64,000 nucleotides of DNA from Tubiluchus corallicola (GCA_030141605.1 JAQGDQ010000896.1:18854-82853), one strand, 5' to 3'. Shown: positions 36,667-52,890, counted from the stretch's first letter. Program-made: numbers and translations. The notes: generated by a model from the letters alone, not told the origin.

Positions 36667-37299
36667 CTGTAGTAAACACAATAAAATTTATTTGAGAGCA
36701 ATTTGTTTATGTACAAAGTACTAATGAGCGTAGGTAGAAAAATAAAAATGAGGAAAAACAGTGCAAGGCAATTTAAGCCATTAATCAAACAATTTGATGA
36801 ATAAGCGAAAAATGTACAAATAAGTATTACAGTAATCGTAATGAAATGAAAAAAGTACTTCAATTTTGGGTCTATAACTTGTTAAAGGAAAACCAGACGA
36901 CTGTGAAAACATGAGTTCAGAATAAAGAATGCTCTAACATATTGAAAACTACAATAACGTTTTTTAAATCAAAGCTTATAATAAATAATAATTACCTCGG
37001 ATACTCAAATTTCGTTAAACTTTCAAAGCTACGCGCGGCTCAGTAAATCTACTAACATGCGCGTGGCCGACAAATAGAAGGCAGTACTGCAATAAGCATG
37101 ATCACGAACTCTAGTGTTAGTTTCTAAAGTCATATGACGTAGACCCAATTTTTGTGACATCACACATTTAACCAGTAACATTTTTGCAAATGTGCTTGAC
37201 GCACAAAGGAGATGCCTGCCATTGCACAAACTGTGGTTAATTTGTGATGTAAGCAATAGCTGTGTTCAGTTGCCGTTAATTAACTTTCTAAGCTACAGT

Positions 37300-37802
37300 C
37301 AGTCAACCTCGGACATAAGGGACACCTCCGGGGACCAGAAAAAATTGTCCCTTATATCCAATGTCCCTTTTATAGACGAAGTTGAGTCAGACCAAGGGTG
37401 TATCTAGACCTGTACTTTTCTGTACTTTTGCCCATATTTTTACGGATTATTGCTACACATTCAGTACAAATGGTATGTAGGAAGCTCCTTCAGTGATGCG
37501 AGATGTTTTTGACCGCGGAAACCGAGCTGTTTGAAGGCCGAGTTTGTAAAAAAATTGAGGTTAAAATCGATCAATTTCCCTTTGATCATAGGGTTCCTTA
37601 TATGCAAAGTAATTTACCTGGGTTTTTATTATGCGGGGCCTGAAGATATCGTCCCTTATAACCAAAAGTCCCTTATATCCGAGTACCTTATATATGAAAT
37701 TTCTATAAGGAAAAACGTTACGAAAAATTGGGACTAGTGTTGGTGGTCTCTTAACCAGCAAATGTCCCTTATAAGCGAGTACCTTATACCCGAGGTTGAC
37801 TG
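37300..37802. mobile_element. pogo/Tigger-like MITE in a CaMKI intron
   Basis: TIRs CAGTCAACCTCGGACATAAGG / CCTTATACCCGAGGTTGACTG|TA. Repeated CCTTATA subterminal motifs. Confidence 0.85.
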
Positions 37803-38212
37803 TAATTATTCAAATATGACACAATTGCTAACTTTTATAAGCAAGAAAATGTATATTTTAGACAGCATATTACAATGAGATTGAGTCTAAACAGTCGTCC
37901 GGTTTTCCTTTAAGATCTGGAAAAAAGACCATAAAGTAACTTTCTCGGCATATTGCCTAAAAAATTCCATAGCTAAAAGCTTATGCAGGCAGGTCACACT
38001 GTAGCATTTGCAAAAATCTTAGCTAAATAAATTTGATAAATGTGGTATCTTTTACGAAACTTTGCAAACGGCTTATTACTCGCATTTTCGATTAAAGAAA
38101 TAACATAATATAAATAAGACAGCAAGTCTTCTACAGCTATGCAAACCAAAGAATAAAATAGTTTACTGATATCGGAATACTAAATCCACGAAGTCAGTTA
38201 TTGATTGTTTTA

Positions 38213-38344
<132 letters not shown>

Positions 38345-39512
38345 TTACATTGTCAGTTTATAAAATTGCAATTTTACCTCTTTATTGCTTGACAGTTTCA
38401 CATCATTAATGACTCTGTACCATTGTGTATTACTATGTGAAGTAGTATGTCAGAGTAGGTCTTACACAATCGCATACATATATCGTATATCTGTTGATGA
38501 AACATGCTTTACAATACACGAGTGGCTTATTAGTCACATGACTTGGCAGATTGCTATCGGTGCTTTAATGCACTTTAATGAATGCTCAACAAAAACAGAA
38601 TGTAAGGCCTGGATCACATTGATTTTCTGTTCCCAGTATCGTAAATCATGAAAATCAAGCTACCTAGGGTAACGTATAAAGTAAAAATAGTCCTAGCATA
38701 TTTAAGTTTACTGCTGAATCTAATAGAACTCATTCTGTTTTAGCAGAAATAGAATGAATAGGAACAGCCAATGACAAAGTTTCATTAAACCTAAAAATAA
38801 AAATAGAAAAGTGCCCATAATTGTCAATTTTGACACTTAGAAATGTTGTATGGACTATGAATGAGCAAAAATTTAGCCTTTTTCACATTTAACAATAACT
38901 TATGTATTTGTTTTTAACCATTAATTTATCTGTAAATAGCACTGCTGAAGCAAAAAAACTTGTCTACAAATCTTTCAACATGAATTCCACGAACATTGTA
39001 CGAAAATAAGTATTGTTTTGCCGCAATGATGTTTATTGGATGCGTTTAGTGGATTTTAATTATATTAGAAACTGAAGCAGTAAAAATGGCTACACAAAAT
39101 GTCGATAAACTATTATTAGTTTTCATGAATAATTTTACTCAATACGTTTTCTGTACATTATACTTTTTACTTTCAATATTTCCTTTTTAAGTAAAAAACA
39201 ATTAGATTTTAATGTGCAGTTGAAGACGTGTATCTTTATGGTTAAAGTTAATTATAAATCATTCTACTGAGTGTTTGCTCAGATGTAAAATAAAGCACTT
39301 ACATCAGATTAAAAACACACTTTTGTTTTTAAGCTTTCTAAGGTTTCCACATGTAATGAAATGCGCTTGGGCAGAGCAGTACTGTGCAAACAGACCGTAG
39401 CGAAAAGATACATATTGGAAGTAGTCATGGAACGTACACAACCCTGCAGTGGTCTTCCTGGCTGTGTGACTGTTTAGATTAGAAGTACACTATGGGTAGA
39501 GTATTTTCCCTA

Positions 39513-39758
<246 letters not shown>

Positions 39759-41329
39759 TTAGAATTTTTCGTTCAAACTAAATTGAGTCCTGACTTTTTC
39801 GAATTTTGTTCCGTTCCATCAACTTTGGTTTCTGAGACTTAATAACTGAGAATTAATTCCACCAAAAATTAAGATGCTAATTTAAAGTATTCCATTTATT
39901 ATAGCACTGTAATGTATTGTTGATTTGTAATTGTATAACTTGTATTGTGCTAAATAAATAAATCTAAATCTAAAATCTAAATTATTAAATGTTTGAACCA
40001 AGCCAGAGGCTGTACAGTAAAAAAGAGAAAAAGTCGATTTTGCTCAAAAATTCATGTAAAATGCCAAAGGATTACCATAACAGATGTTAAACAATATAAG
40101 GAAAAAATAATTTCCTTTGTCAAATTAGTTGTGAAACAAGTTTTTTGCATCTTCTGTGTTGTGAAATTCAGTAGGTTTTATACTTAACAACACAATGGCA
40201 CTTCAGTACTTGCTACTTAAACATACCAACAACATGGGTGGAAAATTAGAAATCATTGTGTTGTGTTGAAAAGACTGGGTGTAGTATGAAATGATAGTGA
40301 GCTACTATGAAACTTGTTTAGTGTTGCATTCGAGTCCTCTAATAATCCTCTTCACAGTTTCATTGTGCACAAGTGCAGCTGCTGTAGGTCAAATGTAAGT
40401 ATTCCACAGCAATGCATCGTAACTACAACTGAAACGTGACTTGCAGGTAAAGCAAAACCGTCTGCCACATCAGTTCGGTACCTCAAGTTGTTTCATGTGG
40501 ACTTTACTTAATTATGCATTGGTCTGTATGTAAAGTGATTTACTAGTGGTATCTTGCTTGGAACAAGAAAAAATGAACTAGGAAAGGTTCTAGCTAGTTG
40601 CTAAAACTGTTACTTTTACAAAACCTTGGGGTGTGTGGCATTCTCACAAATGTATCGTTTGGTGCAATTAACCTTTGACCTTTACATGATCATCATTAAT
40701 TGCTGAAATTGTGAAAAGGCTTATTAAAATAAGCTTCAATTTTACTTTACTCATGCATTAAACCAATTCATATATTATTTTGTCAGATTCGCCTAAAACG
40801 TAGTGTTATGATGCGGGTATAGATTTGCCTTGTTATTGATTTTGCTGGCACACGGAAAAGAGGTGGTAGTATTTGCCTACGTCTGCAAATTACCCAAGAA
40901 TGATTTTAACTACCGTGCAATAAATTTTTAGGACGTGAGCATTTTGATGACATAGTAAATCGTATCAGATGGCAATTTGAGAAAAGTATAAAAATGGTTT
41001 TTGTGCACTAGTGTTTAGATGCTATTAGATGCGCATTTGTCTATATGCTATCTAAATAGCATTGAGATTTTTTGTACTTATTTTGCCTAGAAATGAACTT
41101 TGTTGATTTTTATCCAGATTTCAACATCTTAGTACAATTAGTGCTCATTTTCCAGTATAAACTGCTGTCTTGGACAACTTGAACAACAAATACCTGTTTC
41201 TGTAAATACATAATAGTCGATATTCATTTCACTAGCTAAGGAAATTCAATTTGCATTTTAATACTAAAGATAACATAGGATGCAGATGCAACATCTACAA
41301 GAAACTGGCATCTTAATTGCAAAAATTGT

Positions 41330-41580
41330 AATTCGTCTGCTTTCTGTCTGGGAGGTCATGAGTTCAAACCAGCGGCCGGGTCATACCAAAGACTTTAAAA
41401 ATGGTACCTGCTGTTGCCCTACCTGACGCGTGGTATTTAGGATAAAAGTGGGGTAATAATAGTCTCTGTTATGTAGTTGTAGGTTGTTATTTACAGTCGG
41501 CGATAATAGCTCTTTGAGCTAATGTTAATTGTTGACCCAAAAGCCGACTTTAAATAAAGATTATTATTATTATTATTATA
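41330..41580 (+). mobile_element. tRNA-derived SINE with (TTA)n tail
   Basis: B box GAGTTCAAACC, core GTCATACCAAAGACTTTAAAAATGGTACCTGCTG and a TTA tail. Paralog of 5105-5445. Confidence 0.78.
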
Positions 41581-43088
41581 ATAAAAAACTCTGTACAATA
41601 AACAATAATGTCAATTTACCAACTTCAAGTTAACTCAGCCCAACAAACATTCATAAAACAACCTCAACTATGACATCTCTTATTTAATAAAATGGATTTA
41701 GTTCCTCATCTTGATAGCACATAAAATATGTCACTGGAGAAGTGTGCCAAATGCCTAGAATGTCCACTGCTGCCAAAATTGCTAATGCAAGAAATGGGAC
41801 AACAAGAATTGAAATCTGTCACATATTTATGGTAAAAGTAAGAATTACTAAGAAAAACGTGTACTGTATGTAACACCATGCTAATGGGTAATGAGAATTT
41901 TCCTAAAAGGCACAATCCTATGGATTAAAATAATAATACATGTACTGTATAACTTTTAACTAAATCCAATAAAAATGTCATTGCAGAAGTAAACATGTTT
42001 ACTTGCAAAACAAGTGAAAACACTTATTCGTGAGACATTATAATGCACGCATTTATACGCTACACTTGAAAGCTACGACTGCATGCTTGGATTGTCTAAC
42101 TGAATCTGGATAGTAATCCCTTGACTAATGCATTATTCAACGTTGATAGAACAAGGTCAAATTACTATAGCCAGGAGTTAAAGTGAAAAGGGAGCACTAT
42201 TACAGCAAGGAGGAGATTACCGTGGAGGCTTCCAATCTTTGCATTACTCATTCATATTGCTTGCAATTCAATAATGACTACTGTTATGCAATCAGAGAGC
42301 AATTCTGAGCTATTAATGAACATGTACCAACAGGCTCAGAATCAAACATCGAAGAGCTGCAGGAATAGCTAAGATGAACTCTGAACATTTGAACGAGGAA
42401 GCCATGGCATTAATAATAAAGCTATGAATATCAGTAAAGCTCTTTTTGAAGCCATTTTTTACTCAAAAGGCCAGTCAAGATAAGGGTCTACAAAAATATG
42501 AACACATATTGGGTGATTTTCGTTTGGCGTAGAGTAATGACAGACAGTAAAGAACGGCGAAACAATAGAACCTTACACCAAGAGAAACTGAAACAAATAA
42601 AAAATCGATTGCTATCGAAATAGGCATTTTGAACAGTTTAAAAAAAATCATTCCAAATTTTTAAAACACTCTAAAAATACCATTTTTAATGGTGTATTTC
42701 ATGGGTGTATTCTATATTGTGTGATAGGTATGTGTTATTTATGAGATGCCTAATTGTAATATCTGTATTGTATTACTTTTCCTTGTTTTGATCTTAAGTA
42801 CTAATTTTTTACGTATATATTTGTTTGTGTCAGTGTGCACTAATCCTATAATTGTAATTTAATTTTTTTCTAGATAATTTTGTACTTTTTTATAATTTTT
42901 TGTACTATATGTTCAAAATAAATGATTTAAATATATAAAACTGAGAAGACCATAATTGTGGGATGTCTTCCCAAGTTTTTTACGATGTGTGAGAATGCCG
43001 TCAATGGAGCGTGCTGGTTTTGTTAGCCAGTCAAAAACATTCCTGAAGGAATTCTATCCAGGGACAATATGGAAAGAAATGAGTTAAA

Positions 43089-43417
43089 AACCTGTCAGAC
43101 CCGCTCTAATCTACGGGGTGGAAGCAGCTTCTCTAAAGAAGACCAAAGAGAAGAAAATGGGTGTGGTGGAGATGAGGATGTTGAGATGGATGGTGGGAAT
43201 AACAAGAAGAGATAAAATTAGAAATAATAATATCAGAGGAACACTAAAAGTAGTGGACGCCTCGCAAGATTGCGATGGTATGGACACCTGAAAAGAAGAG
43301 TCGGTGAAGATCATGTGGGAAGGAAAGACATAAATGAAGAGATGGTCAACAGCAGGAATGCGTGGAGAAGACTCACTCACAGCGGCGACCCTGCATAGGG
43401 AAAAGCTGGGAAGAAGA
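43089..43417 (+). mobile_element. RTE-clade LINE 3' fragment
   Basis: Translates VRPALIYGVEA...EMRMLRWMVGITRRDKIRN, then after a frameshift RLRWYGHLKRR, typical of the RTE C-terminus. GAAGAAGA tail. Confidence 0.85.
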
Positions 43418-43605
43418 TTTGATTAGCATAAAACTCTTTCAAAATGATTATAATGAAAATGTATAGAACAGTGCATAAGAAAAGGTGATTTCTCTAATGT
43501 AGAACAGGAATGCAGACAAACTTGGTTATAATGGCCCCCTTTATGATGCCAATCTCTCTTAATGCCCATATTTTTAGCCAAACAAAAAGTCTACATTTGC
43601 AAAGA

Positions 43606-44231
43606 TATGTATGTATTAATGTGTCTTGTTATGTATGTATTAATGTGCCTTGTTATGCATGTATTAATGCGCCTTGTTATGTATGCATTAATGCGCCTTG
43701 TTATGTATGTATTAATGTGTCTTGTTACGTATATATTAATGCGCCTTGTTATGTATGTATTAATGTGCCTTGTTATGTATGTATTAATGTGCCTTGTTAT
43801 GTATGTATTAATGTGCCTTGTTATGTATGTATTAATGTGTCTTGTTATGTATGTATTAATGCACCTTGTTATCTATGTATTAGTGTCTTCCTATGCATGT
43901 ATTAATGCGCCTTGTTATGTATGTATTAATGGGCCTTGTTATGTATGTATTAATGCACCTTGTTATGTATGTATTAATGTGTCTTGTTATGTATGTATTA
44001 ATGCACCTTGTTATGTATGTATTAATGCGCCTTGTTATGTATGTATTAAAGTGTCTTGCTATGTATGTATTAAAGTGTCTTGCTATGTATGTATTAATGC
44101 ACCTTGTTATGTATGTATTAATGCACCTTGTTAAGTATGTATTAATGTGTCTTGTTATGTATGTATTAATGCATCTTGTTATGTATGTATTAATGCGCAT
44201 TGTTATGTATGTATTAATGTGTCTTGTTATA
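43606..44231. repeat. Minisatellite, 24-bp unit
   Basis: Unit tatgtatgtattaatgtgccttgt, about 26 copies. Confidence 0.95.
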
Positions 44232-45165
44232 ATGGCAAACTCTCTATAATGCCAACTTTTTTTGCCTTTCCAGAGCAGGAGGTATAAAGAGGTTCCATGT
44301 GGATTATGTTTTTTATAGTTTATACGATGCAAAAATTTCTATTCTGCCGTTCATCTTACTGAAATCGACAGATCTTCACAGTTTATTAAACTGTAAATGC
44401 ATGTGGATATTCCAAGACTTTTACAAAACTGCACTACAGTGTGTAACACAGTAGAAAAGCTGACAAGAAAAATTTACCAGTTTCTGCAGTTGTACAGAAA
44501 ACAGAATCAGCGGTATCACAGAATCAGCGATACTCAAGACATGATTAACGCGACGAAGAGAGGCATTCGGTGAAAAATACCGGCTATTACCTCGTAATGG
44601 TTTACCGCCAACGTCTAATGATTTTTTAGAAACATTAGGCTAAATGGTGTTTTGTCATGCATTAAAGCAATTTTGACGCCAATAAATCTACAACAGCGCC
44701 GAAGGCAGCAATTACAGGAGTCACGTGCATAATTAGCATAACTTATGTAGTGTGGTGGCTTATATTAATACAAGCCTAAAATGAACTAATGAAAAGCTGT
44801 GATTACAGGCAGTATGGCGGTATTATTTAAAATGATTAGTTTGTATTTAAAGTCAAACTAAATTCTTACTATATTATTATATTATTATTGCCGAATCCTG
44901 TTAACCATGCTACTCAGACTGCAATAGAGCTGGACCAGTCGTTTTAATTTTTGATTATTCATAAAAATCGTTGTTTGATATTTGATTAAAGGCTCAGTTT
45001 GTCATTTTCGCAGGCAGTAGTGTATTGTTCGACATCAGTGAATGACTCAATCTGGTTTTTTTTACAAACACTGTCTAATTTATACTTTTGTATAACTCGA
45101 ACAAATTTTCTGGTCCCGAGGTGTTCGAGTTAAGCGTAATTTACTGCATAAGATGCAGAAACTTA

Positions 45166-45261
<96 letters not shown>

Positions 45262-45990
45262 TCATTACAGTCAATTCAAATGCAAGATTCATTCATGCCA
45301 CATTTTTCTGAATCTATCAAAAAAGAAATTCTGATTAGAGGGTGAACTTGCATGCAACATGAGCTTTGAAAATGTGTTCTAACTGTACATGTACAGAGTG
45401 CTGTCCAGAAAAAACGTTCTCTCATACTAATTCACAGCTTTTCATCCCATTAGAGACTCTTGTGAAAGAGACTCATATCACGCAGCCTGGTTTCTCTTCT
45501 TTCCAAAGAGTTGTAAATTTCCTTGCAAGATCTCACCAAGATGTCACTAAATGTTTTTTGTACAATTCCAGTAATGAGCATAAAACGACTGTATAATTTT
45601 CAATGAACCCGAGGAAATCATGCTGTCGAATTACAACATGGGCAGCCACTACAGCAAAAAAATCTGCTGACTTATCCATATCCATTACACTACAGCAGCC
45701 TGTAGGTAGTAATTTGATATTATTAAAACAGCAAGTGTCGCATGCTGCACGCAACAGCATGCAACCTGCTATATTGTAGGAAAGGTTTGTCACATAACCT
45801 TTAGTCAAGCACTACAAGCTCTTGTTATTACAAAGTTAATAGAACTATAAAGGCTGGTAACACAAAACCTTATTAAATTCTGACACCCACTCACCAACGT
45901 ACCACTATCGTTCATGGGACCACAGGAAAACACACCTGACAAAAATGTGCGTAAACTTTGACACTATGTGCCTAAGTTAAACTACTACAT

Positions 45991-46256
45991 ATAATAATCC
46001 TAATTACTGAATAATTGTATTGTTTTTGTTTAGATTTTGCTATACAACTTTATTATTTTTTTGTTTTCAGTTCTTTTTGGATAATTTGCATCATTTATAC
46101 TGTTTTTATTATTATTTTTTTCTTATAATAATCCTAATTACTGAATAATTGTATTGTTTTTGTTTAGATTTTGGTATCCAACTTCATTACTTTTTTGTTT
46201 TGTTCTTTTTGGATAATTTGCATCATTTATACTGTTTTTATTATTATTTTTTCTTA
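45991..46256. repeat. Tandem duplication, about 134 bp x2
   Basis: ataataatcctaattactgaataattg... starts at both 45991 and 46125. Confidence 0.9.
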
Positions 46257-46432
46257 ATTGTTTTTGTTTTTGTTATCTGCAGCATCACCGTTAATTTTTA
46301 ATATACCAATCTATTTATAAGAAAGGGCCGGAGACTAGATGACCCTATGGTCTTTCCCTGCCCTGCTCCATGATTATAATTACTTAATATTTAAAAAAAA
46401 ACTTTTGATGTTAAACTAACTGGAGAAAATAA

Positions 46433-46831
46433 ATGTTCTATGTCTATGTCTATGTGACATGCACGAGTTTTGAAAACAGTTTCCATGTCTTATTAAGTCA
46501 TCTACCATTCATACGCATCTCAACATGTCTATGTGTATGTCTATGTCTATGTCTATGTGACATGCACAGGTTTTGAAAACAGTTTCCATGTCTTATTAAG
46601 TCATCAACCATTCATACACATCTCAACATGTCTATGTGTATGTCTATGTCTATGTCTATGTGACATGCACAGGTTTTGAAAACAGTTTCCATGTCTTATT
46701 AAGTCATCAACCATTCATACACATCTCAACATGTCTATGTGTATGTCTATTATGTCTATGTGACATGCACAGGTTTTGAAAACAGTTTCCATGTCTTATT
46801 AAGTCATCAACCATTCATACGCATCTCAACA
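46433..46831. repeat. Tandem repeat, about 103-bp unit x4
   Basis: gtgacatgcacaggttttgaaaacag... recurs with period 100-103. Contains (TATGTC)n. Confidence 0.92.
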
Positions 46832-47982
46832 AGGATTGTCGCTGCTAACTTCACATCATTAATTATTTATTAAACACGATTTCACTCTTGCAAAAAATGG
46901 AGGGTAAATAAAATTAGCCGTATAAATTTCATGAATTAAATTAATTACTGCGCGATAGTGTAGGGTAATAAAAAATTATATGCAGCCTGCAATTTTAATT
47001 AAATTCACATCTCTGATACATTTTGAAAAAAAGTCGTGAGAAAATAACAAACCGACCATTTTTTTCTGCATCAAGGCATTCTATACATCTGTCTAAACAC
47101 TTCCTTATAAAACATTATCATTTTCCCTATGTAGGCAAATGTAATTAATGAGTACTTATTCCAATAATAGGTTTCAAATAGAACTTGTCTTCATATTTCA
47201 TCGAATATTTATTATCTCACTTCTGGCTGAATTAGGTTTGTAATCAAAGAATTGTTTTTCAGTTATCCTGCTTAAAAAACACTTAAATTTTCAGTTTAGC
47301 ATTTTCATTTCCTTAATGTAAATCAGTCGTAACCTAAATAAAACAAATTCCTTATACTGTCATTTTGCTATCGCCTAAAAATAAAGTAATAACTCTGTTT
47401 GTTAATTTTATTTTGATCATAACAAAAGGCAAAATACCCACTATTGTCATAAATTGTAGCACTGTTGTTAAGTACAAAATTGTTGCACGTTTATTAACAT
47501 GCAAAACAATATCTGCACTTTCTTGTACACAGATGTAGCTTTAGAGAGTTTACAACCGCTTAATCTACATATATTTCACGTCAAGTTCTGACTAGGTAAT
47601 CAAGACTCTGACTTGTCTAAATAAACAAACATCAACGGTGCATCCCACTTTAGCAGTTTCCCGAAAATAACTACTAAATAGACCACATCCATGCCTCATC
47701 GATACGTTACATGCAAATGTAGAGCACGCACCATGTAAACTGTTTGCGCATTACCGATTTCCAGCGTCATTTCAAACAGTTTTTATCTCTGCATGAAAGC
47801 AGACTTTGTAGCTGTTTAGAAGATGATTTCTACTTAGGATTTTTCATTTAATTTGGACACTGAAAATGAAAATATCATGCAGCAAATGCGGTTGAAATTG
47901 AGTTATTATGCAGTTTGCTTTTAGTCTAAATCAAATCAGAAAATTATTCTTGTGTCTCTTTGAGTGTGTGAGCAGCCAAAAC

Positions 47983-48387
47983 TTGATTTTCTTATGAAAA
48001 TTACCATTACTTGTTTGAAAGTAAGTATTGAATTTCTTATGAAGATTACCATTACTTGTTTGAAAGTAACTATTGATTTTCTTATGAAGATTACCATTAC
48101 TTGTTTGAAAGTAACTATTGAATTTCTTATGAAGATTACCATTACTTGTTTGAAAGTAACTATTGATTTTCTTATGAAGATTACCATTATTTGTTTGAAA
48201 GTAACTATTGATTTTCTTATAAAGATTACCATTACTTGCTTGAAAGTAACTATTGATTTTCTTATGAAGATTACATTACTAGTTTGAAAGTAACTATTAA
48301 TTTTCTTATGAAGATAATCATTACTTGTTTGAAAGTAACTATTGATTTTCTTATGAAGATTACATTACATATTTGAAAGTAACTATA
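47983..48387. repeat. Minisatellite, 45-bp unit x9
   Basis: Unit tgattttcttatgaagattaccattacttgtttgaaagtaactat. Confidence 0.95.
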
Positions 48388-48725
48388 CTTTTCCCAATCA
48401 TTTTTATAGGGTGTGGCCAAGTGGAGATAAAGTGAAACAGAGTCACAGTATTAGGTCACCACTTGATCTAGAACATCAAGATCATGAAATACATGTAATT
48501 TCCAAGTTTTCTGTTATTCAGTAACAAATTAATTATTTTATTGTATGTAATGAATGAATATGTAAGTTGTGTTCATGAGTAGTTATGTTCAGTTCATTAT
48601 GTTAATTGTAACAAAATGGTAAAGAAAATATGGGGTTCCCTATAGGTGCTTATAGGTTTTAAAATAGAACTGTTATAGTTTCTTTAGAAATCAGTATGAG
48701 ATTTTTATCAAGAATATATCTCTAG

Positions 48726-49918
48726 CCACAAGTTCTCTAGCATTTAACAACAAACACATCCACAAGCTCTCTAACAACAAACACGTCCACAAGTTCTCAA
48801 ACAACAAACACGTCCACAAGTTCTCTAACAACAAACACGTCCACAAGTTCTCTAACAACAAACACGTCCACAAGTTCTCTAACAACAAACACGTCCTCAA
48901 GTTCTCTAACAACAAGCTCTCTAACAACAAGCTCTCTAACAACAAGCACATCCACAAGCTCTCTAACAACAAACACGTCCACAAGTTCTCTAGCAACAAA
49001 CACGTCCACAAGTTCTCTAGCAACATACACGTCCACAAGTTCTCTAACAACAAACACGTCCACAAGTTCCCTAACAACAAACACGTCCACAAGTTCTCTA
49101 ACAACAAACACGTCCACAAGTTCTCTAGCAACATACACGTCCACAAGTTCTCTAACAACAAACATGTCCACAAGCTCTCTAGCAACAAACACGTCCACAA
49201 GTTCTCTAACAACAAGCTCTCTAACAACAAGCTCTCTAACAACAAACACGTCCACAAGCTCTCTAACAACAAACACGTCCACAAGTTCTCTAGCAACATA
49301 CACGTCCACAAGTTCTCTAACAACAAACACGTCCACAAGTTCTCTAACAACAAACACGTCCACAAGTTCTCTAACAACATACACGTCCACAAGTTCTCTA
49401 ACAACAAACACGTCCACAAGTTCTCTAACAACAAACATGCCCACAAGCTCTCTAGCAACAAACACGTCCACAAGTTCTCTAACAACAAGCACATCCACAA
49501 GCTCTCTAACAACAAACACGTCCACAAGTTCTCTAACAACAAACACGTCCACAAGCTCTCTAACAACAAACACGTCCACAAGCTCTCTAACAACATACAC
49601 GTCCACAAGTTCTCTAACAACAAACACATCCACAAGTTCTCTAACAACAAACACATCCACAAGTTCTCTAACAACAAACACGTCCACAAGTTCTCTAACA
49701 ACAAACACGTCCACAAGTTCTCTAGCAACATACACGTCCACAAGTTCTCTAGCAACATACACGTCCACAAGTTCTCTAACAACAAACACGTCCACAAGTT
49801 CTCTAACAACAAACACGTCCACAAGTTCTCTAACAACAAACACGTCCACAAGTTCTCTAACAACAAACACGTCCACAAGTTCTCTAACAACAAACACGTC
49901 CACAAGTTCTCTAACAAA
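48726..49918. repeat. Minisatellite, 27-bp unit, over 40 copies
   Basis: Unit acaacaaacacgtccacaagttctcta, with occasional 15-bp truncated units. Confidence 0.96.
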
Positions 49919-50351
49919 CAACACGTTAATGGAGAAGCACATTAGTAAAACCCAAAATATTGTTTGTTAAATAAGAAATATTTAAAATTCTTTAATTTTT
50001 TTAAAAGATAAGCCCAAAAGTTTTCTTTAAAAAGAAATTTTCAAAATTCTTTAATATTAAATTCTTGAAACTTGTTTAAACAAAATTTTTATCGGGTTTT
50101 AATACAGAATCTTTCTGTGTTTTTCCCATTACCACGAGACACTTTATGGCAGTTTAGCTAATTTTTTATGTTTATTCACATTTTGAATGTTTTATGTGTT
50201 GGGTTTGCATGTGCTTTGCTATAAATGCAATGGCCAATATGTAGACTAACAACACAATACTTCTTTATTGATAAATACAATATTAGGCTTAGAAATTCAC
50301 AGTACTTAAGAACCAGCTGTATAAGAATACTTTCACTCAACTTACATGTTA

Positions 50352-50537
<186 letters not shown>

Positions 50538-50694
50538 CTAATACATGAAAAAAAACAGTAACTATAAATAGAGAAGACAGCTTAATGAAGCAACAATACA
50601 AAGCGAAAATTTTCTGCTAATGTTTACAATTTCTCACACACAAGAAATTAGTTCGAAAAGCTAAATAACAGATATAGCTTTTTCCCAACTCCGT

Positions 50695-50870
50695 TCTTCA
50701 ATTCCATAATCTAAAACAAATTAGGACAAATACCCATTATGGAGCGAACTCTATAATGAAGCAAGCAATTCTACCTTGGAATTCTCTACAATTACAGGCT
50801 AAACAAACCAGGAACCTTTAAATCAGCATTTAAAACAAAATTAAAATCATTAATATTAACTACATGAAAT
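50695..50870 (+). mobile_element. CR1/L2-group LINE 3' relic
   Basis: Translates LHNLKQIRTNTHYGANSIMKQAILPWNSL. A similar relic lies on - near 54310-54530 (YGNKSITKQAVKL*NVLP). Confidence 0.5.
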
Positions 50871-52325
50871 GATCACGCCAGTACGACAACATACACACTA
50901 ATTCAGAATCCATGGTCATATTAATTAAATCATAATTTTCAATATTTGTGAATAGTTGTAAATAAGTTTTATTTTTATTTGTTATTTCTTTTCGTTACTG
51001 CACAGTAGTTTAGATTGCACTGACGCATTTGCCTCTAGCAGTGTAAGTATTTATTAACTAACACTGACTGATCATCTCTGTAAAGTCTTTTGTTCAATGA
51101 TTATAATTTATGATTATACTTTAATGGCAAAAAAATTATATATATATATAGGGTATTTAAATTGTGTGAGAAATGTAAATTTTTCCTAATTTTTCTTAGA
51201 ATAATAAAAGTGGCACAGTTGAGTAACTTTGAGAGAAATTTAAGTTACAAAATTTGAGTTTGAATTCTATTTACCGGAGAGGAAGGTCAAAGGTCTTTAG
51301 CAATTATATTTGAACAATTATAAAGCATGAGTGCAAAATACTAGCCTTAAAATTTCATCTCAGCAGAAATATATATGTATTTTACACTACCATATAAAGC
51401 AGACATGAGTCTTTCAATAACAATTTCACGATTACGTTCTATTGGCGAAGCCGTGCAATTTTGCTCGTAAACAATTTTATTATAATCAATAATGCGCAGA
51501 GCTTCTACATATTGGATTATTCTTTCCACCTTTAATGATACCTTCATGTGACAGGTGAAACTCATAGCTTATAAACTTATGAAGCTAGATTGCAAAAATT
51601 TTCCGAAAACAGAGGCAGTCTTTCACAAGCCCCTGGGGCCACAATTTCTCCCCCTGGTGGCCTTCGCTTAAAAAAAGTTAAACCTCAATAAGAAGCCACT
51701 TGACTAAGATACTGATAGTAGAGAAGCACAGATTAGTAGTAAAACAAGCAACAACAGAAATCTTTAATTCTCACGCAGATCGTTAGTTTTCTGACAGAAA
51801 ATCTGAAATGTAGGGAATTAATCGTCTAGCAAATTTTTGAGGGCAAGGTCTTTCAGTTGCTGAAAACCTTAGAAACAGAAAAGCTCGTGCAGCTGGCAGG
51901 AAGCCAAACAGAAACATTTCAGCATTTGATATGGCTTCATCTTCTACAGCTTTCAGAGCTTTGCAGGAAAAGAGAGATATAGCATTACACTAGTGACCAG
52001 ACAGCCACTCATCGCTTTCTTCAAAAGAACTTTCCATATTCAAAAACCACTCTGATTTCATTAAGTGTGCAAGAAAATCGATAGTGTTGCTGAAAATGTT
52101 GCAGGAAGTTATGAAGTAGGTGTATGAAGTTTGGTAAAAGTGCTATTTAGCCAGTATTAGGAAAATCAGCTTGTACGGTGAAAAGAACAAAAAGCACAAA
52201 AGAAGAAAATGAAAACCGTCATAAACGCTCTAAACATGAATTTGTTGAAAAACACAAGAATGAAACACTTGAAGTATTACCTTATATATGCCATAGTCAA
52301 ATATAATCTAACACCCACCTTTCTT

Positions 52326-52890
<565 letters not shown>

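Noticed and set aside
43510-44332. Cys-rich repeat ORFs
   Set aside because: Artefact of the 24-bp minisatellite, with an internal frameshift.
48691-49970. Long ORFs of 408, 381 and 268 aa, including a mucin-like S/T-rich frame
   Set aside because: They arise from a 27-bp minisatellite that is stop-free in several frames, inside a CaMKI intron, with no unique coding flanks.
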